Positions 1 through 10,925 are shown, numbered from the stretch's first letter. The stretch is DNA of 64,000 bases from Spirochaetia bacterium (GCA_963662795.1 OY759746.1:2112001-2176000); one strand, 5' to 3'. Made by a program: numbers and translations. The notes: generated from the sequence alone by a model not told the origin.

Positions 1-1
1 G

Positions 2-1801
2 CAAAAAAAAGAGCTTGAAGATTTCTATACCAATTCCGCGAGAGAAATTAAAAATAAGAAATGTGAAAACATTAATATAGCTGTCACTTCGTATAATAAA
101 GACAAACTTAAGAATGAAATTAATTTAGCAAAAGGACTCACCTCTAGTGAAGAAACAGAATATAGAGCTACGATAAAGGCCGAAGAAAAAAAAGAACCAG
201 AAAATGTTAAATTCCCTGTAATTAATTTAAATGAAATACTTGAGAATACAAATAGTATTCTCAGAAAATATGTGTCGAGCCAGCAAATAATTGAAGAGAT
301 AGATAATAATATTGATAAACAAAACTTTGCAAAAGAAGGGATGAGAATCCATAGCCGAGATTCTGCAGAAAAATGTGCATTTTGTGGAAATATTATTGAT
401 GAGAATAGATGGAAACTTCTTGGTAATTATTTTAATGATGAAGTAAAGAAATATGAAAAAGAGATAGATGATTATATCAATCTAATGAATCAGAAGTTAT
501 TAAAAATCACTGATCTTAAAGAAACAAATCCAGATCATTTTTATGTAAGTTTTCAAAATCAAATTAATAAAATAAATACCCAGATTCGAGATTTAAAAGA
601 AAAATACAAAGACTTCATTACTTTAATGGTTCAAAATCTAAAAGAAAAAAAGAAAAATCTTTTTAGTACTGATAAAGAAATATCATATATTATTCCAAGT
701 GATTTTTCTGAAATACAAACTAATTATGATGATATTCTAAGAGAAAATAACACTTTTTCAAAACAACTCAGTGAAGAACAAGAAAAAGCAAGAACTGCCT
801 TACGTTTATTCGAAATAAAAAAACTATCAGACGAATTTAAATATACTGAAAAACTAATTAAATATAATCATTCTTTAGAGTTAGAAGATAAAGCTAGAGA
901 TAATTTGAATTCTGAAAAAGAATTATTAGAATCAAAAAAGAATAAGGTCAATGAGTTGTTATTGCAAACTAAGGATGAGCGTATAATCGCTGAACGTATT
1001 AATAAAAAATTACGAAATATGGGAGTTTCATCATTTTCTCTTGAATTAGTCGTAGATGATGACAAAGATCAAAAGGGGCAATATAAAATCAAAGGCTATA
1101 ATGGCAATATTCGTTCAATAATTGAACTTAGTAAAGGCGAGAAAAATATAATAGCTTTTTTATACTTTATTCTTTCTCTTGAAGAACTCAAGACAGAGGA
1201 AAAACCAAAAATAATAGTATTAGATGATCCAATGACTAGCAATGATGATACGATGCAATATCTTATGATTGGAGAAGCCCAAAGACTTTATCATGGAATA
1301 TCTGGGGAGAACTTCTTTATTAATCTAACTCATAATTGTCATTTTTATCTCAATATAAGGCCCAATACAACTCGTAAATATAAAATTAATGGTGATGATG
1401 TTAGTTATTATGAAAAATATGGCAATTATCATCTTTATTCTGATGGAAAACAAACGACATTTTATAAAATCATGAAAGGGAAAAAGGATTTCAAGACAAA
1501 CTATGAAATGTTATGGATTGAATTACAATTCCTTTATGATTCTAATGAACCAAATCTTATGCTTAATGTTTGTAGGAAAATATGTGAAACATATATGTCA
1601 TTTACAAAGCTAGGTATAGAACATTTTTATGGTGAGAATACAAATGCTAAAAAATTATTTGATGTAAATCAACATTCTATTGATGATATGGATGCAGAAC
1701 AGAATGGAAGAACAAAGGAAGAAATACGTGATATTTTAAAAGTATTATTTGAACAAAATAATGCACTTCAGCATTTTGAGAATTATTTTCATAGTGTTTA
1801 A
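2..1801 (+). CDS. AAA_13/RloC-like ABC ATPase with zinc hook (5' end outside window)
   Basis: Frame open from base 2; CAFCG zinc hook in coiled coil, LSKGEK signature, IIVLDDP Walker B, LTHN H-loop. Confidence 0.75.
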   Translation, partial: QKKELEDFYTNSAREIKNKKCENINIAVTSYNKDKLKNEINLAKGLTSSEETEYRATIKAEEKKEPENVKFPVINLNEILENTNSILRKYVSSQQIIEEIDNNIDKQNFAKEGMRIHSRDSAEKCAFCGNIIDENRWKLLGNYFNDEVKKYEKEIDDYINLMNQKLLKITDLKETNPDHFYVSFQNQINKINTQIRDLKEKYKDFITLMVQNLKEKKKNLFSTDKEISYIIPSDFSEIQTNYDDILRENNTFSKQLSEEQEKARTALRLFEIKKLSDEFKYTEKLIKYNHSLELEDKARDNLNSEKELLESKKNKVNELLLQTKDERIIAERINKKLRNMGVSSFSLELVVDDDKDQKGQYKIKGYNGNIRSIIELSKGEKNIIAFLYFILSLEELKTEEKPKIIVLDDPMTSNDDTMQYLMIGEAQRLYHGISGENFFINLTHNCHFYLNIRPNTTRKYKINGDDVSYYEKYGNYHLYSDGKQTTFYKIMKGKKDFKTNYEMLWIELQFLYDSNEPNLMLNVCRKICETYMSFTKLGIEHFYGENTNAKKLFDVNQHSIDDMDAEQNGRTKEEIRDILKVLFEQNNALQHFENYFHSV

Positions 1802-1824
1802 ATACGATTATAAAACAAGATGAA

Positions 1825-1900
1825 ACATAACAATCATTTGGAGTTGACGCCTTCTCGGCGCTGCGCTTCTACGATGGCGCAACTCAAATGGGCGTTATAA
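1825..1900 (+). repeat. Short classical attC of inner cassette
   Basis: TAAC-aatcatttggagttg...caactcaaatgggc-GTTATAA. Confidence 0.8.
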
Positions 1901-1970
1901 AAAATAGAAACGGGAGAAGTCCGGCCTTGGCGTTGCCGTGCGGCCTTGGACAAGAAGCGATGATACTGGT

Positions 1971-2142
1971 GGATAACAGAGGATACTGCGCTACGCTCGG
2001 AGTACCTCGCTTGGCCTACGGCATATTTTGCTATCATCAAAAATGAATAGTAAAAGTTAAACTTTTTTCAAAATTAACAAAGTAGACATAAATGTTTTAG
2101 AGTATGAACCGCAAAACATCGCGTATCCTCAGGACGTTATCC
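1971..2142 (+). repeat. Long host-type attC, family A (gaggata/tatcctc arms)
   Basis: TAAC 1974 ... GTT 2136. Confidence 0.8.
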
Positions 2143-2256
2143 ACAATATCATCGCAAGATGACACCGCCCGGACCTCCGGCCAACGGGCGAAGAGTAGAA
2201 AAAGACATAATGGTTAACCAATTAAACCGATACATTCAAAGAAAGCAGAGGAATAT

Positions 2257-2604
2257 ATGAAAAAAGAAATTGTTAAAACACAAAAAGGAGAAATAACAGT
2301 TTACAGCGATATTGAAGTACCAATATCAGATGCATCAGATTTTCTTGATCTGCTTGCAAATACAAATACTAAAACAATATCACTGGATAAAGAATATTTA
2401 GATAATAGATTTTATGAATTAAGCTCTGGTCTAGCAGGAGAAATACTTCAGAAAGTATCAAATTATAGAAGAAGCGTGATAATTATAGGAGATTTTATCA
2501 ATATCAATAAAAAGAGTTTAAAAGACTTTATATATGAAAGCAATAAAACAGGGCAGGTTGTATTTGCCAAAGACTTGGAAGAAGGAATCATTTTGCTGAA
2601 GTAA
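2257..2604 (+). CDS. DUF4180 family protein
   Basis: FYELSSGLAGEILQK...SLKDFIYESNK motif. Confidence 0.8.
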   Translation: MKKEIVKTQKGEITVYSDIEVPISDASDFLDLLANTNTKTISLDKEYLDNRFYELSSGLAGEILQKVSNYRRSVIIIGDFININKKSLKDFIYESNKTGQVVFAKDLEEGIILLK

Positions 2605-3036
2605 TTGGAAAAAAGAGGAAAGATTTTGAAGAAAGATTTAATAGCTGCATGTGGAATTAATTGCTCATTATGTACAGGCTATCAAAGAGAAAAGAATAAA
2701 TGCGAAGGTTGCAGGAGTGTTGGCAATAAACCAAAGAATTGCTTGAATTGCATAGTAGTAAATTGTAACAAGAGAGAAGGGAAGGAAGATTTTTGCTTTT
2801 CATGCGATACTTATCCATGCCAGAAAATTAAAAGGCTTGCAAATCGTTATAGTATGCGGTATGGAGTAGATATTTATAAAAATCTTGAAAGAATTAAAGC
2901 CAAAGGAATAAAGGTATTTGTTGAAGAAGAAAATGAAAAATGGAAATGTATAAAGTGCAAAGCTTTATTATGTATGCATAGCAAAAATTGTTTAAAATGT
3001 GGTGAAGTAAATCCATATTATATTGGAACTTTATAA
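2605..3036 (+). CDS. DUF3795 family Cys-rich protein
   Basis: CGINCSLC...CEGC...FCFSCDTYPC. Confidence 0.75.
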   Translation: MEKRGKILKKDLIAACGINCSLCTGYQREKNKCEGCRSVGNKPKNCLNCIVVNCNKREGKEDFCFSCDTYPCQKIKRLANRYSMRYGVDIYKNLERIKAKGIKVFVEEENEKWKCIKCKALLCMHSKNCLKCGEVNPYYIGTL

Positions 3037-3060
3037 TAGGTCTTTAAAAAGGATAAAGTA

Positions 3061-3471
3061 ATGATTTACCATATAGTACCGGAAAAAGAGTATTTGAAAT
3101 TAGCTGCAAAAGAGAAATATATCCCAAATAATTTCAATGATTTCGGATTTGTACATTGTGCTTTTAAAGTTTCGGTTTTATCAGTTGCAGATGACTATTA
3201 TTCAAAAGTAAAGGATAAGCTTATTCTTTTGAAAATAAACCCTGAGAAATTAAAGTCAGATGTAAAATATGAGGAAGCAACTCCGGAAGAAGGTTTAGGT
3301 AAAGAGCATTTAAATACTTCAAATGTTTTTCCACACGTATATGGGCCAGTAGATAATGATGCAGTTGAAGGAGTAGGCGAATTGGGGAAGAAAGAGGGAA
3401 AATATAGCTGGCCAGTTAAATTCATTCCTTTTGCAGAATATTTGGAAACAAATAAGAAGATAAAAGATTAG
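3061..3471 (+). CDS. DUF952 family protein
   Basis: MIYHI, GFVHC, FPHVYGP motifs. Confidence 0.8.
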   Translation: MIYHIVPEKEYLKLAAKEKYIPNNFNDFGFVHCAFKVSVLSVADDYYSKVKDKLILLKINPEKLKSDVKYEEATPEEGLGKEHLNTSNVFPHVYGPVDNDAVEGVGELGKKEGKYSWPVKFIPFAEYLETNKKIKD

Positions 3472-3521
3472 TCCGGCCTTGGCATTGCCGTGCGGCCTGG
3501 ACAAGAAGCGATGATACTGGT

Positions 3522-3693
3522 GGATAACAGCGGTTCAAGCGCTGCGCTCGGAGTACCTCGCTTGGGCTTCGCCACATTTTACTTTTATTTAATCCAGGAA
3601 ACATCTATTTTATAGTTTTCAAGTTTAGCAATACGTTTAAATGGGTTTTTAAGTTTTTACCGTAAAACGTCGCTTAACCGCAGGACGTTATCC
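3522..3693 (+). repeat. Long attC, family D (gcggtt/aaccgc)
   Basis: TAAC 3525 ... GTT 3687. Confidence 0.8.
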
Positions 3694-3781
3694 ACAATGC
3701 CCCGCCAAGAGAAGCGCGTGCCGTCCTGGCACGCAAGAATATAGAAAACAATTATTAAAAATGTAAGAAAGAGGAATTAAA

Positions 3782-4273
3782 ATGAAAACATTAAATGACT
3801 ATATAGAAGAATATAAGGATCAACTTGAAAAAGGCGATATACAAAAAGCCTATAGATCAATCATGGATTTCATGATGAGTCTAAGAATATATTTTGAAAA
3901 AAAATATAGTGAATATTATATTTCCGGAAGTATTTATTATGGGTATATGGATATGACATATTTTTCATTCACTCCGGAAGTATTAAAAGAAAAAAAGTTA
4001 AAAATAGCAATTGTTTTTATCCATGAGAGTGTAAGTTTTGAAGTCTGGCTTTCAGGATATAATAAAAGTATTCAGGATAAATACTGGAAGTATTTTAAAG
4101 AAAAGAAATTGAAAAAATACCATGTACCAGAAGATATAAAAGGAAAGGATTCTATAGTTGAATATAAAATAAAAGAAAAAGCTGATTTTAATGATTTAAA
4201 CAAGTTAACAAGTAAAATAGAGAAAGAAATACTTTTATTTATTGAAGATATAACAGCTTATCTTGAAAATTAG
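3782..4273 (+). CDS. Conserved hypothetical protein (DUF7000-like)
   Basis: IYYGYMDMTYFSFTP...FEVWLSGYN; RBS gagg. Confidence 0.6.
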   Translation: MKTLNDYIEEYKDQLEKGDIQKAYRSIMDFMMSLRIYFEKKYSEYYISGSIYYGYMDMTYFSFTPEVLKEKKLKIAIVFIHESVSFEVWLSGYNKSIQDKYWKYFKEKKLKKYHVPEDIKGKDSIVEYKIKEKADFNDLNKLTSKIEKEILLFIEDITAYLEN

Positions 4274-4340
4274 AAATGTTTAAAGAAAACTTGATTTATA
4301 GTATAAACATAGTATATACTATAAATAGAGGTTAATTTAT

Positions 4341-4577
4341 ATGGAAACTGTTATAAAAAAATGGGGAAATAGCCTGGGAATAAGAATCCCAAGCCTTATA
4401 GCTAAGGATTTATCTCTTAAAGAAGGATCTTTTGTTGAAATTGAAGATGAGAGAGGAAGGATAGTAATAAAACCCAAGAAAAAGAATGATTTGAAGGAAA
4501 TGCTTAAAAATATCAGTGATAATAACCTCCATGGCGAATTTGAAACAGAAAGTCCTGTAGGAAATGAGGCATGGTAA
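4341..4577 (+). CDS. mazE: AbrB/MazE antitoxin
   Basis: KKWGNSLGIRIP...PVGNE; overlaps toxin; own promoter (ttgatt...tatact). Confidence 0.9.
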   Translation: METVIKKWGNSLGIRIPSLIAKDLSLKEGSFVEIEDERGRIVIKPKKKNDLKEMLKNISDNNLHGEFETESPVGNEAW

Positions 4578-4915
4578 AGAAAGATTATGTACCAGAAAGG
4601 GGTGATATAATCTGGTTAAACTTTACCCCGCAATCAGGACACGAGCAGATGGGAAAAAGACCAGCGATAGTAATATCTCCTAAAGAATACAATGAAAAGG
4701 TAGGACTTGGAATATTTTGTCCCATAACCAGTAAAGAGAAAGGCTATCCATTTGAGGTGAAGATAAAAAGTAAGAAAATAGATGGAGTAGTATTATCAGA
4801 TCAGGTAAAAAGTCTTGACTGGAAGACTAGAGATGCAGAGTTTATAGTAAAAGCGAGTAAAGAAGAGATCAAAGAAGTAATAGATAAGATAAGTGTTTTA
4901 ATACTTGAAGAATAG
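4571..4915 (+). CDS. mazF: MazF/PemK endoribonuclease toxin
   Basis: YVPERGDIIWLNFTPQSGHEQMGKRPA, DQVKSLDW. Confidence 0.92.
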   Translation: MVKKDYVPERGDIIWLNFTPQSGHEQMGKRPAIVISPKEYNEKVGLGIFCPITSKEKGYPFEVKIKSKKIDGVVLSDQVKSLDWKTRDAEFIVKASKEEIKEVIDKISVLILEE

Positions 4916-4970
4916 GAAAAGGAGAATCAAGCTGCCGTCCATGGCAGCTTGATTAAGGCGGGGCACTGGT

Positions 4971-5140
4971 GGATAACAGAGGATAATGCGCTTCGCTCCC
5001 TTTGGTCGCTTGGGCTTCGCCACACATCGTAGGTTTTGAACAACAACTTTTTGAAACTACACTTTTGAAAGAAAAATAATACAACTGTTAGAAAATTATA
5101 CTTGTTCGACGATGCGTCGCTTATCCTCGGGACGTTAGCA
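4971..5140 (+). repeat. Long attC, family A
   Basis: TAAC 4974 ... GTT 5134. Confidence 0.8.
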
Positions 5141-5257
5141 GCAATACGTCCCCAAGAGGACACCACCCGGACCTCCGGCCAACGGGCGAGGATAGGTGGT
5201 AAGAATATTTTATCTAAAAACAATTGAAATTAAATAAAATTATTAATGGTAGCAACT

Positions 5258-5969
5258 ATGAAAATATTAACATGGAATTGTAATATGGCATTTCGAAGAA
5301 AGTATGAAATCTTACTAGATTTACAACCGGATATTGCAGTTATACAAGAATGTGAAAATAATAGTATTTTAGATAAAATTAAAAATGAAATAAATTATTC
5401 AGATATATTATGATATGGGGAAAATAAAAGTAAAGGATTATGTATTCTGACTTTTAATAAATACTACATAAAAAATAATTTTCAAAATGAAGAATTTCAA
5501 TATATCCTTCCAGTCAGAATTGAAAATAAAACATCTTCAATAATTTTATTAGCAGTATGGACACAATTTGTAAATAGAAATATTTATAAAAGTTATGTAG
5601 TCCAAGCTACAAGAGCATTTCTATATTATAAAAAATTATTAGAAGAGGAAAATATTTTTATAATTGGAGATTTTAACAGTAATTCTATCTGGGATAATGA
5701 ATCTCCTAAAGAATACACACACTCTCAAATGGTAGATTTTTTAAAACAACAGGACATTGTAAGTGTTTATCATTATTTAAAAAAAGAAAATCACGGAAAT
5801 GAGAATACCCACATTATTTTTTCAAAAAAATATAAAAAAGACATATCATATTGACTATTGCTTTTGTAAAATATCAAAAATGAATAGAATTAAAGAATTC
5901 AAAATTGGGAAATACAATGATTATATTGCGAAAAGTGATCATATGCCTTTGTTTATTGAGATAGAATAA
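5258..5969 (+). pseudogene. Endonuclease/exonuclease/phosphatase family pseudogene (paralogue of 63010..63723)
   Basis: MKILTWNCN start; in-frame TGA at 5411 (TGG in intact copy); frameshift near 5810. Confidence 0.85.
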
Positions 5970-5980
5970 AAATTAAATAT

Positions 5981-6015
5981 TGACAATTCTTATAAAGTAC
6001 AATATATTGTACAAT
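5981..6015 (+). promoter_or_regulatory. Sigma70-like promoter with operator palindrome for yefM-yoeB
   Basis: TTGACA-17-TATATT overlapping gtacaatatattgtac palindrome. Confidence 0.65.
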
Positions 6016-6028
6016 AAGGAGAAAAACA

Positions 6029-6286
6029 ATGGATGCAGTATCATATTCGGATTTAAGACAAAATCTGAAATCCTATTTAGACAGGGTTTTCCATGATCAT
6101 GATCCAATGATCATAACAAGAAAAAATAATGAAAACCTCGTATTGCTTTCAATTTCAGAATATAATAGCCTTATCGAAACAAGCTACTTATTAAGTAATG
6201 AGTCTAATGCGATGCATCTTAAAAAATCAATTGATCAGCTGAATTCAGGAAAAGTAGAAGAAAAGGTATTATTGGCAGATGAATAA
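6029..6286 (+). CDS. yefM: Phd/YefM antitoxin
   Basis: VSYSDLRQNLK...ETSYLLS..NAMHL. Confidence 0.9.
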   Translation: MDAVSYSDLRQNLKSYLDRVFHDHDPMIITRKNNENLVLLSISEYNSLIETSYLLSNESNAMHLKKSIDQLNSGKVEEKVLLADE

Positions 6287-6539
6287 GCTGTTCACTGATG
6301 AGGCATGGAAAGACTATTTATATTGGTTTGAAAATGATAAGAAGCAGTTAAAAAAAATTAATGATCTTATAAAAGCAATTGAAAGATCTCCATTTGATGG
6401 ATTAGGTAAACCGGAATCATTAAAATTTAATCTTAAAGGTTTTTGGTCAAGAAGAATTGATCATGAGCATAGAATAGTGTATCAGGTAGAAGGTACACAG
6501 CTTAGAATAGTATCTTTAAGATATCATTACGAAAAATAA
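6279..6539 (+). CDS. yoeB: Txe/YoeB toxin
   Basis: AWKDYLYW, GLGKPESLK, WSRRIDHEHRIVY, RYHY. Confidence 0.92.
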   Translation: MNKLFTDEAWKDYLYWFENDKKQLKKINDLIKAIERSPFDGLGKPESLKFNLKGFWSRRIDHEHRIVYQVEGTQLRIVSLRYHYEK

Positions 6540-6643
6540 AAAACAGTTAAAATAATTTTAAGGAAAACAATAAAGGTGGAGAGAATAGAAGAAGTCCGGC
6601 CTTGGCGTTGCCGTGCGGCCTGGACAAGAAGGGGACGTACAGC

Positions 6644-6835
6644 TGCTAACAGCGATTATTTCGCTGCACTCCCTGTGGTCGCTTGGGCTCCTGCCAGTTG
6701 AGCTGGCAGATCGCCATATTTTGTTTTCATAAAACCGGAACAACATGTGCTTTGTGCTCTTCAAGTTTGTAAAAACCAAATAAAAGTATTTTAGAGTTTA
6801 GTCACAAAACATCGAATAATCGCGAGACGTTATCC
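6644..6835 (+). repeat. Long attC, family B (gcgatta/taatcgc)
   Basis: TAAC 6647 ... GTT 6829. Confidence 0.8.
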
Positions 6836-6939
6836 ACAATGCCCCCACAAGATGCGATCGCCCGGACCTCCGGCCGACGGGCGAGGATATACAGTATAAA
6901 TAATATATGTTAGCTTGATGTTTCGTGCAGGAGAAAAAA

Positions 6940-7245
6940 ATGAAGAATCGAAAGATATTTATCAGTATGTTAATCAGCATTTTAATATGCACCTTATTAG
7001 TTTTAAAGTATCTAATTCAAGTAACTTTATTTCTTTTCCCTTTATGCTCAGCAGTATTTGGTATCGGACAGGAAGCATGTTCTGTTGGAATTATTGGTGG
7101 TGCAGATGGGCCGACAACAGTGTTTTTATCATCACCATATAGATATATATTTCTTATGCCAGCCCTTGAGTTTCTTGGAATAATTTTCATTTTGATTACA
7201 TTATTACAATGTCATAGTAAATTTAAAAAAAATGTCCCTGAATAG
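6940..7245 (+). CDS. Small membrane protein with OadB-like GIIGGADGPT motif
   Basis: Hydrophobic helices; SVGIIGGADGPTTVF. Confidence 0.55.
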   Translation: MKNRKIFISMLISILICTLLVLKYLIQVTLFLFPLCSAVFGIGQEACSVGIIGGADGPTTVFLSSPYRYIFLMPALEFLGIIFILITLLQCHSKFKKNVPE

Positions 7246-7442
7246 TTTTCAGTTCATCAGTAGAATATTGCTAGTATGGTATGAATAGAATATGGATAGC
7301 CATTGAAAGAAAGTCATTTTTATAAAAATGGGGATGATATAATGAAAAAGGTATTATTTGCTATTGTATTTACTTTTTGTCTTTTTGCAGTGCATGGAGA
7401 TAGTAAAATAATGGATATTGAGAATATTCCGATACAAGTTAA

Positions 7443-8473
7443 TGTGCACAGAAATTCCTAGCGCAAATTGGCAATAGCTTCTTTAGGTGTTATGAAGTCA
7501 AGAGTTTTTCTTGGCCTCTCATTCAATAGCCTTGCTACTCGTGATACATCATACTGCGAAAGCTTTCTGAAATCATCTACTTCATCAAGCATATCACGAA
7601 TCAAGCCATTTGTGTTTTCACATGTTCCCTTTTCCCAGGGAGATGCCGGATGGCAAAAGTATACATCAATATTAAGATTTTCTTTGAGTTTTTTGAACTC
7701 ACTGTTCTCTTTACCCTGATCAAGAGTCAGAGATTTTCTTAGAAGAGGAGATATCTTCTTAAACCTTTTCTCTATTGTTTTTCTTACTGTATTTGCATCA
7801 TATGTTTTTAACAGATCAAGCTGGATAAACCTAGTTTTACGTTCAACTATTACGCAGATTGCTGATTTATGGTCCTTTCCAATGAGAAGATCTCCTTCCC
7901 AGTGTCCTGGAACTTTCCGTGAGTTAATTTCAGCAGGCCTTTCGTCTATAAGGGTAATATCTTTTAATTTACCCCGTTTTTCGTCCTTATTTGCACTCTT
8001 TCTTTTCTTTCCTTTGAGTCTTAAATCTTTAAGCGCTAGTTTTTTAAGCTCTCCCCTCATGTGGAAATGGACATAGTTATAAATTGTTTTATCACTCACT
8101 TTATCTGAAGGATAATTTATTTCCAGCCATTTGGCAATTTGCTGTGGGGACCACCGGAGTTGGAGTTTGGGTTTTATAAGCTGCCATGACTTGTTGTCTA
8201 TTTTTAATTTGGGGCTCTGATTTTTTCTTTGCCTTAAATGCTCATACTCTGCAATTAAAGGATTGTAATATCCTTCATCAGTACCGCGTTTTATTTCTCT
8301 TGTAATACTTGAAGCTCTTCGGCCAAGATTACTTGCTATTTGTGATAGCTTTAATCTTTTGGTGTAAATCATCTGAAAAATGGCCATTCTTTCATTGAGA
8401 TTCATTCTTTTGTAACTCACTTAAAACTCCTGTCACAATATTAGTTTATTGCGCTAGGAATTTCTGGCCGTCT
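7443..8473 (-). mobile_element. IS30 family insertion sequence
   Basis: IR cagaaattcctagcgcaa / ttgcgctaggaatttctg; taatg on both flanks; exact ends uncertain. Confidence 0.85.
7458..8420 (-). CDS. IS30 family transposase
   Basis: WSPQQI, GHWEGDL, TLDQGKE, YFCHPASPWEKGTCENTNG, LNERPRKTL. Confidence 0.95.
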   Translation of the reverse strand: MSYKRMNLNERMAIFQMIYTKRLKLSQIASNLGRRASSITREIKRGTDEGYYNPLIAEYEHLRQRKNQSPKLKIDNKSWQLIKPKLQLRWSPQQIAKWLEINYPSDKVSDKTIYNYVHFHMRGELKKLALKDLRLKGKKRKSANKDEKRGKLKDITLIDERPAEINSRKVPGHWEGDLLIGKDHKSAICVIVERKTRFIQLDLLKTYDANTVRKTIEKRFKKISPLLRKSLTLDQGKENSEFKKLKENLNIDVYFCHPASPWEKGTCENTNGLIRDMLDEVDDFRKLSQYDVSRVARLLNERPRKTLDFITPKEAIANLR

Positions 8474-8853
8474 AATGATATATTTTCAGGACAAGGATTT
8501 ACATTGAAATTAGATAACAATAGATATTTCGTATTACGAGAATATTATGGTTCTGGAGTCGATGTTGCCTGTAGAATTTTGTACGATGTTAATCTTGTTT
8601 CAGATTATCAAATAGATTTTGATAAAATCAATCATATGTCAAGTAAGCAGAATGTTGAAGATGATAAATTTATTTTACGGATAGAAAATGATGAGGTGGA
8701 ACTTTTCATTAATGGTTTACAGATTGAAATTGTAAATAAAATTGAATTAGTAAATACCCTAAAATGTATAAATAAATCTTACTAATAAACACTGGTAAGG
8801 AAGTCCGGCCTTGGCTCCGCCGTACGGCTAGGACAAGAAGTGGGGGCACTGGT

Positions 8854-9024
8854 GGATAACAGAGGATAATGCGCTTCGCTCCCTTTGGTCGCTTGGGCTT
8901 TGCCACACATCGTAGGTTTTAAACTACACCTTCTATAAAAAACAAGTTGTAGAAGAGAAATATTGCAACTTCTAAATATTCATTCTTGGTCTACGATGCG
9001 TCGCTTATCCTCGGGACGTTATGC
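8854..9024 (+). repeat. Long attC, family A
   Basis: TAAC 8857 ... GTT 9018. Confidence 0.8.
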
Positions 9025-9156
9025 TCAATACCAGCCGCAAGAAGAGATCGCCCGGACCTCCGGCCAACGGGCGAAGATGAAGAATAATAAATAAGAATTA
9101 TATTGATTCAAATTAGTACAATATTATAGCATTAGATATATAATTAACGAGGGTCA

Positions 9157-9822
9157 ATGAACAAAATAACAGAAGATAAAATTATTGATAAAATCAAAAA
9201 ATTATTAGCCTTAAGTGAATCACCTAATGAAGAAGAGGCAGCTTCGGCTCTGATTAAAGTTAAAATGCTTTTAATAAAATATGGATTAGAACTTGAAGAT
9301 ATAGATCAAAATAAAAGTAAAATAATAGAAAAAAGTGTTTTAAAAAAAGAAAAAATTGCAGAATGGCAGGTTTCTTTAATTTCATGCATAACAAAAATAA
9401 CATTCACTGAAGCATTATTACAATCTGGAAAGGAAAAAGAAAAAATAATAATAATTGGAAAAAAAGTAAATGTAATAACAGCAAAAAATCTTTTTGAATA
9501 TTTGAATACAGCAATTGTAAAAACAAGTAAAAAATACAGAATTGTTGTTAACGATCTAGATAGTTTTAGAATGGGAATGATAGATAAAATAAAGGAAAGG
9601 TTGTATCAGAATTCTATAAATGATATTTCCCCCTATGAAAAGAAAATAGTTGTTAAAATCATGGAAGAAACAGTGAAAGAAAATGAAGAATATAGAAACA
9701 ATAAATATGGGAGAATGAATAATAGAATAGCAGATAAGGGCGTTGATCCTAATTCATACGGTCTTGGAAAAATAGTTGGAAATAAAATATCATTGGATAA
9801 ACAAATATCAAATGATCAATGA
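9157..9822 (+). CDS. DUF2786 domain protein
   Basis: KIKKLLALSESPNEEEAASAL N-terminus. Confidence 0.75.
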   Translation: MNKITEDKIIDKIKKLLALSESPNEEEAASALIKVKMLLIKYGLELEDIDQNKSKIIEKSVLKKEKIAEWQVSLISCITKITFTEALLQSGKEKEKIIIIGKKVNVITAKNLFEYLNTAIVKTSKKYRIVVNDLDSFRMGMIDKIKERLYQNSINDISPYEKKIVVKIMEETVKENEEYRNNKYGRMNNRIADKGVDPNSYGLGKIVGNKISLDKQISNDQ

Positions 9823-9889
9823 TTTAAGAAAAAAGAAGTCCGGCCTTGGCGTTGCCGTGCGGCCTGGACAAGAAGCGGCTGGTACTGGA

Positions 9890-10060
9890 GCATAACAGAG
9901 GATAATGCGCTACGCTCCCTATGGTCGCTTGGGCTTCGCCACACATCGTAGGTTTTGAACTACAACTTCTATAAACAATTAGTTTTGGAAGAAAAATATT
10001 GCAACTTTTAGATATTAATACTTTGGCTACAATGCGTCGCTTATCCTCAGGACGTTATTT
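9890..10060 (+). repeat. Long attC, family A
   Basis: TAAC 9893 ... GTT 10054. Confidence 0.8.
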
Positions 10061-10275
10061 GCAATACCTTCGCGAAGAGAAAATCGCCCGGGCCCCTGGC
10101 CGACGGGCGAGGATTTGCAGTAAAATATGTTTTAGGCGGATGCTTTTGACGTGCAAGAACAGATATTATCTAAATAAATACATAAAAGTCTTCTGATAGT
10201 TTGATGTGTTACTTGTTGAAATAAACCAAAAAATGAACTATATTTGATAAATAATGGTTCATTTAGGAGTTTTAT

Positions 10276-10530
10276 ATGAAATCTATTACCATACATGGAA
10301 TTGATAATGATCTCGATAAGAAAATTGCAGAAAAGTCTGTCGAATTTGGTTTAAGCCAGAACCGAACAGTTAAGTATATCCTGCAAAATTCATTAATTAC
10401 TGATAAAAAAGCTTCTAAAAAGGACTCCTATGCTGAATTATTTGGTAAATGGTCAACAAAAGAGAAAGAAGAGTTTGATAAAAAAATCAGTGATTTTGAA
10501 GTAATAAATGAAATGGACTGGAAAAAATGA
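10276..10530 (+). CDS. vapB: VapB-like antitoxin (RHH)
   Basis: MKSITIHGID; ATGA overlap with PIN toxin. Confidence 0.75.
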   Translation: MKSITIHGIDNDLDKKIAEKSVEFGLSQNRTVKYILQNSLITDKKASKKDSYAELFGKWSTKEKEEFDKKISDFEVINEMDWKK

Positions 10531-10925
10531 CCAAGATACTACTTGATACAAATGCCTATAGTGAGTTTATGTCCGGAAATAAGTTGGTATTTGAATATAT
10601 TATAGAAGCAGAAATAATCTATGTATCAACCATTATGATCGGTGAACTATTCGCAGGTTTTCAAGGTGGAAAAAAGTATACACAAAATAAAGAAGATTTT
10701 AAGAAATTCATCAGCAAAGATGGAATAAAAATATTGAATGTCACAATTGAAACATCAGAAATATTTGGAGAAATCAAGGCGGAACTAAGTAAAAAAGGAA
10801 AAATGATACCATTAAATGATATTTGGATTGCTGCTCATGCAATAGAAACAGGTTCAAAATTAATCACATACGATTCACACTTTAAACAGATAAATGGTTT
10901 GAGAATTTGGGAAGAATATAGATAG
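10527..10925 (+). CDS. vapC: VapC PIN-domain toxin
   Basis: LLDTNAY, IPLNDIWIAAHA, LITYDSHF. Confidence 0.92.
   Translation: MTKILLDTNAYSEFMSGNKLVFEYIIEAEIIYVSTIMIGELFAGFQGGKKYTQNKEDFKKFISKDGIKILNVTIETSEIFGEIKAELSKKGKMIPLNDIWIAAHAIETGSKLITYDSHFKQINGLRIWEEYR

Larger units (their letters stand above)
7342..8785 (+). pseudogene. Secreted hypothetical protein interrupted by IS30
   Basis: MKKVLFAIV signal peptide at 7342; frame rejoins across the IS (IQVN|DIFSGQGFTLKLD). Confidence 0.7.

Noticed and set aside
1918-1952. 3' hairpins (gtccagcc...ctggac) as rho-independent terminators of the cargo
   Set aside because: They are followed by AAGAAG, not a U-tract, on the + strand. An A-rich run upstream could make some of them minus-strand terminators, but this is not consistent enough to call.
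6940-7245. oadB (Na+-translocating decarboxylase beta subunit)
   Set aside because: Only the GGADGPT motif in a ~100-aa protein; far too short for the real subunit.
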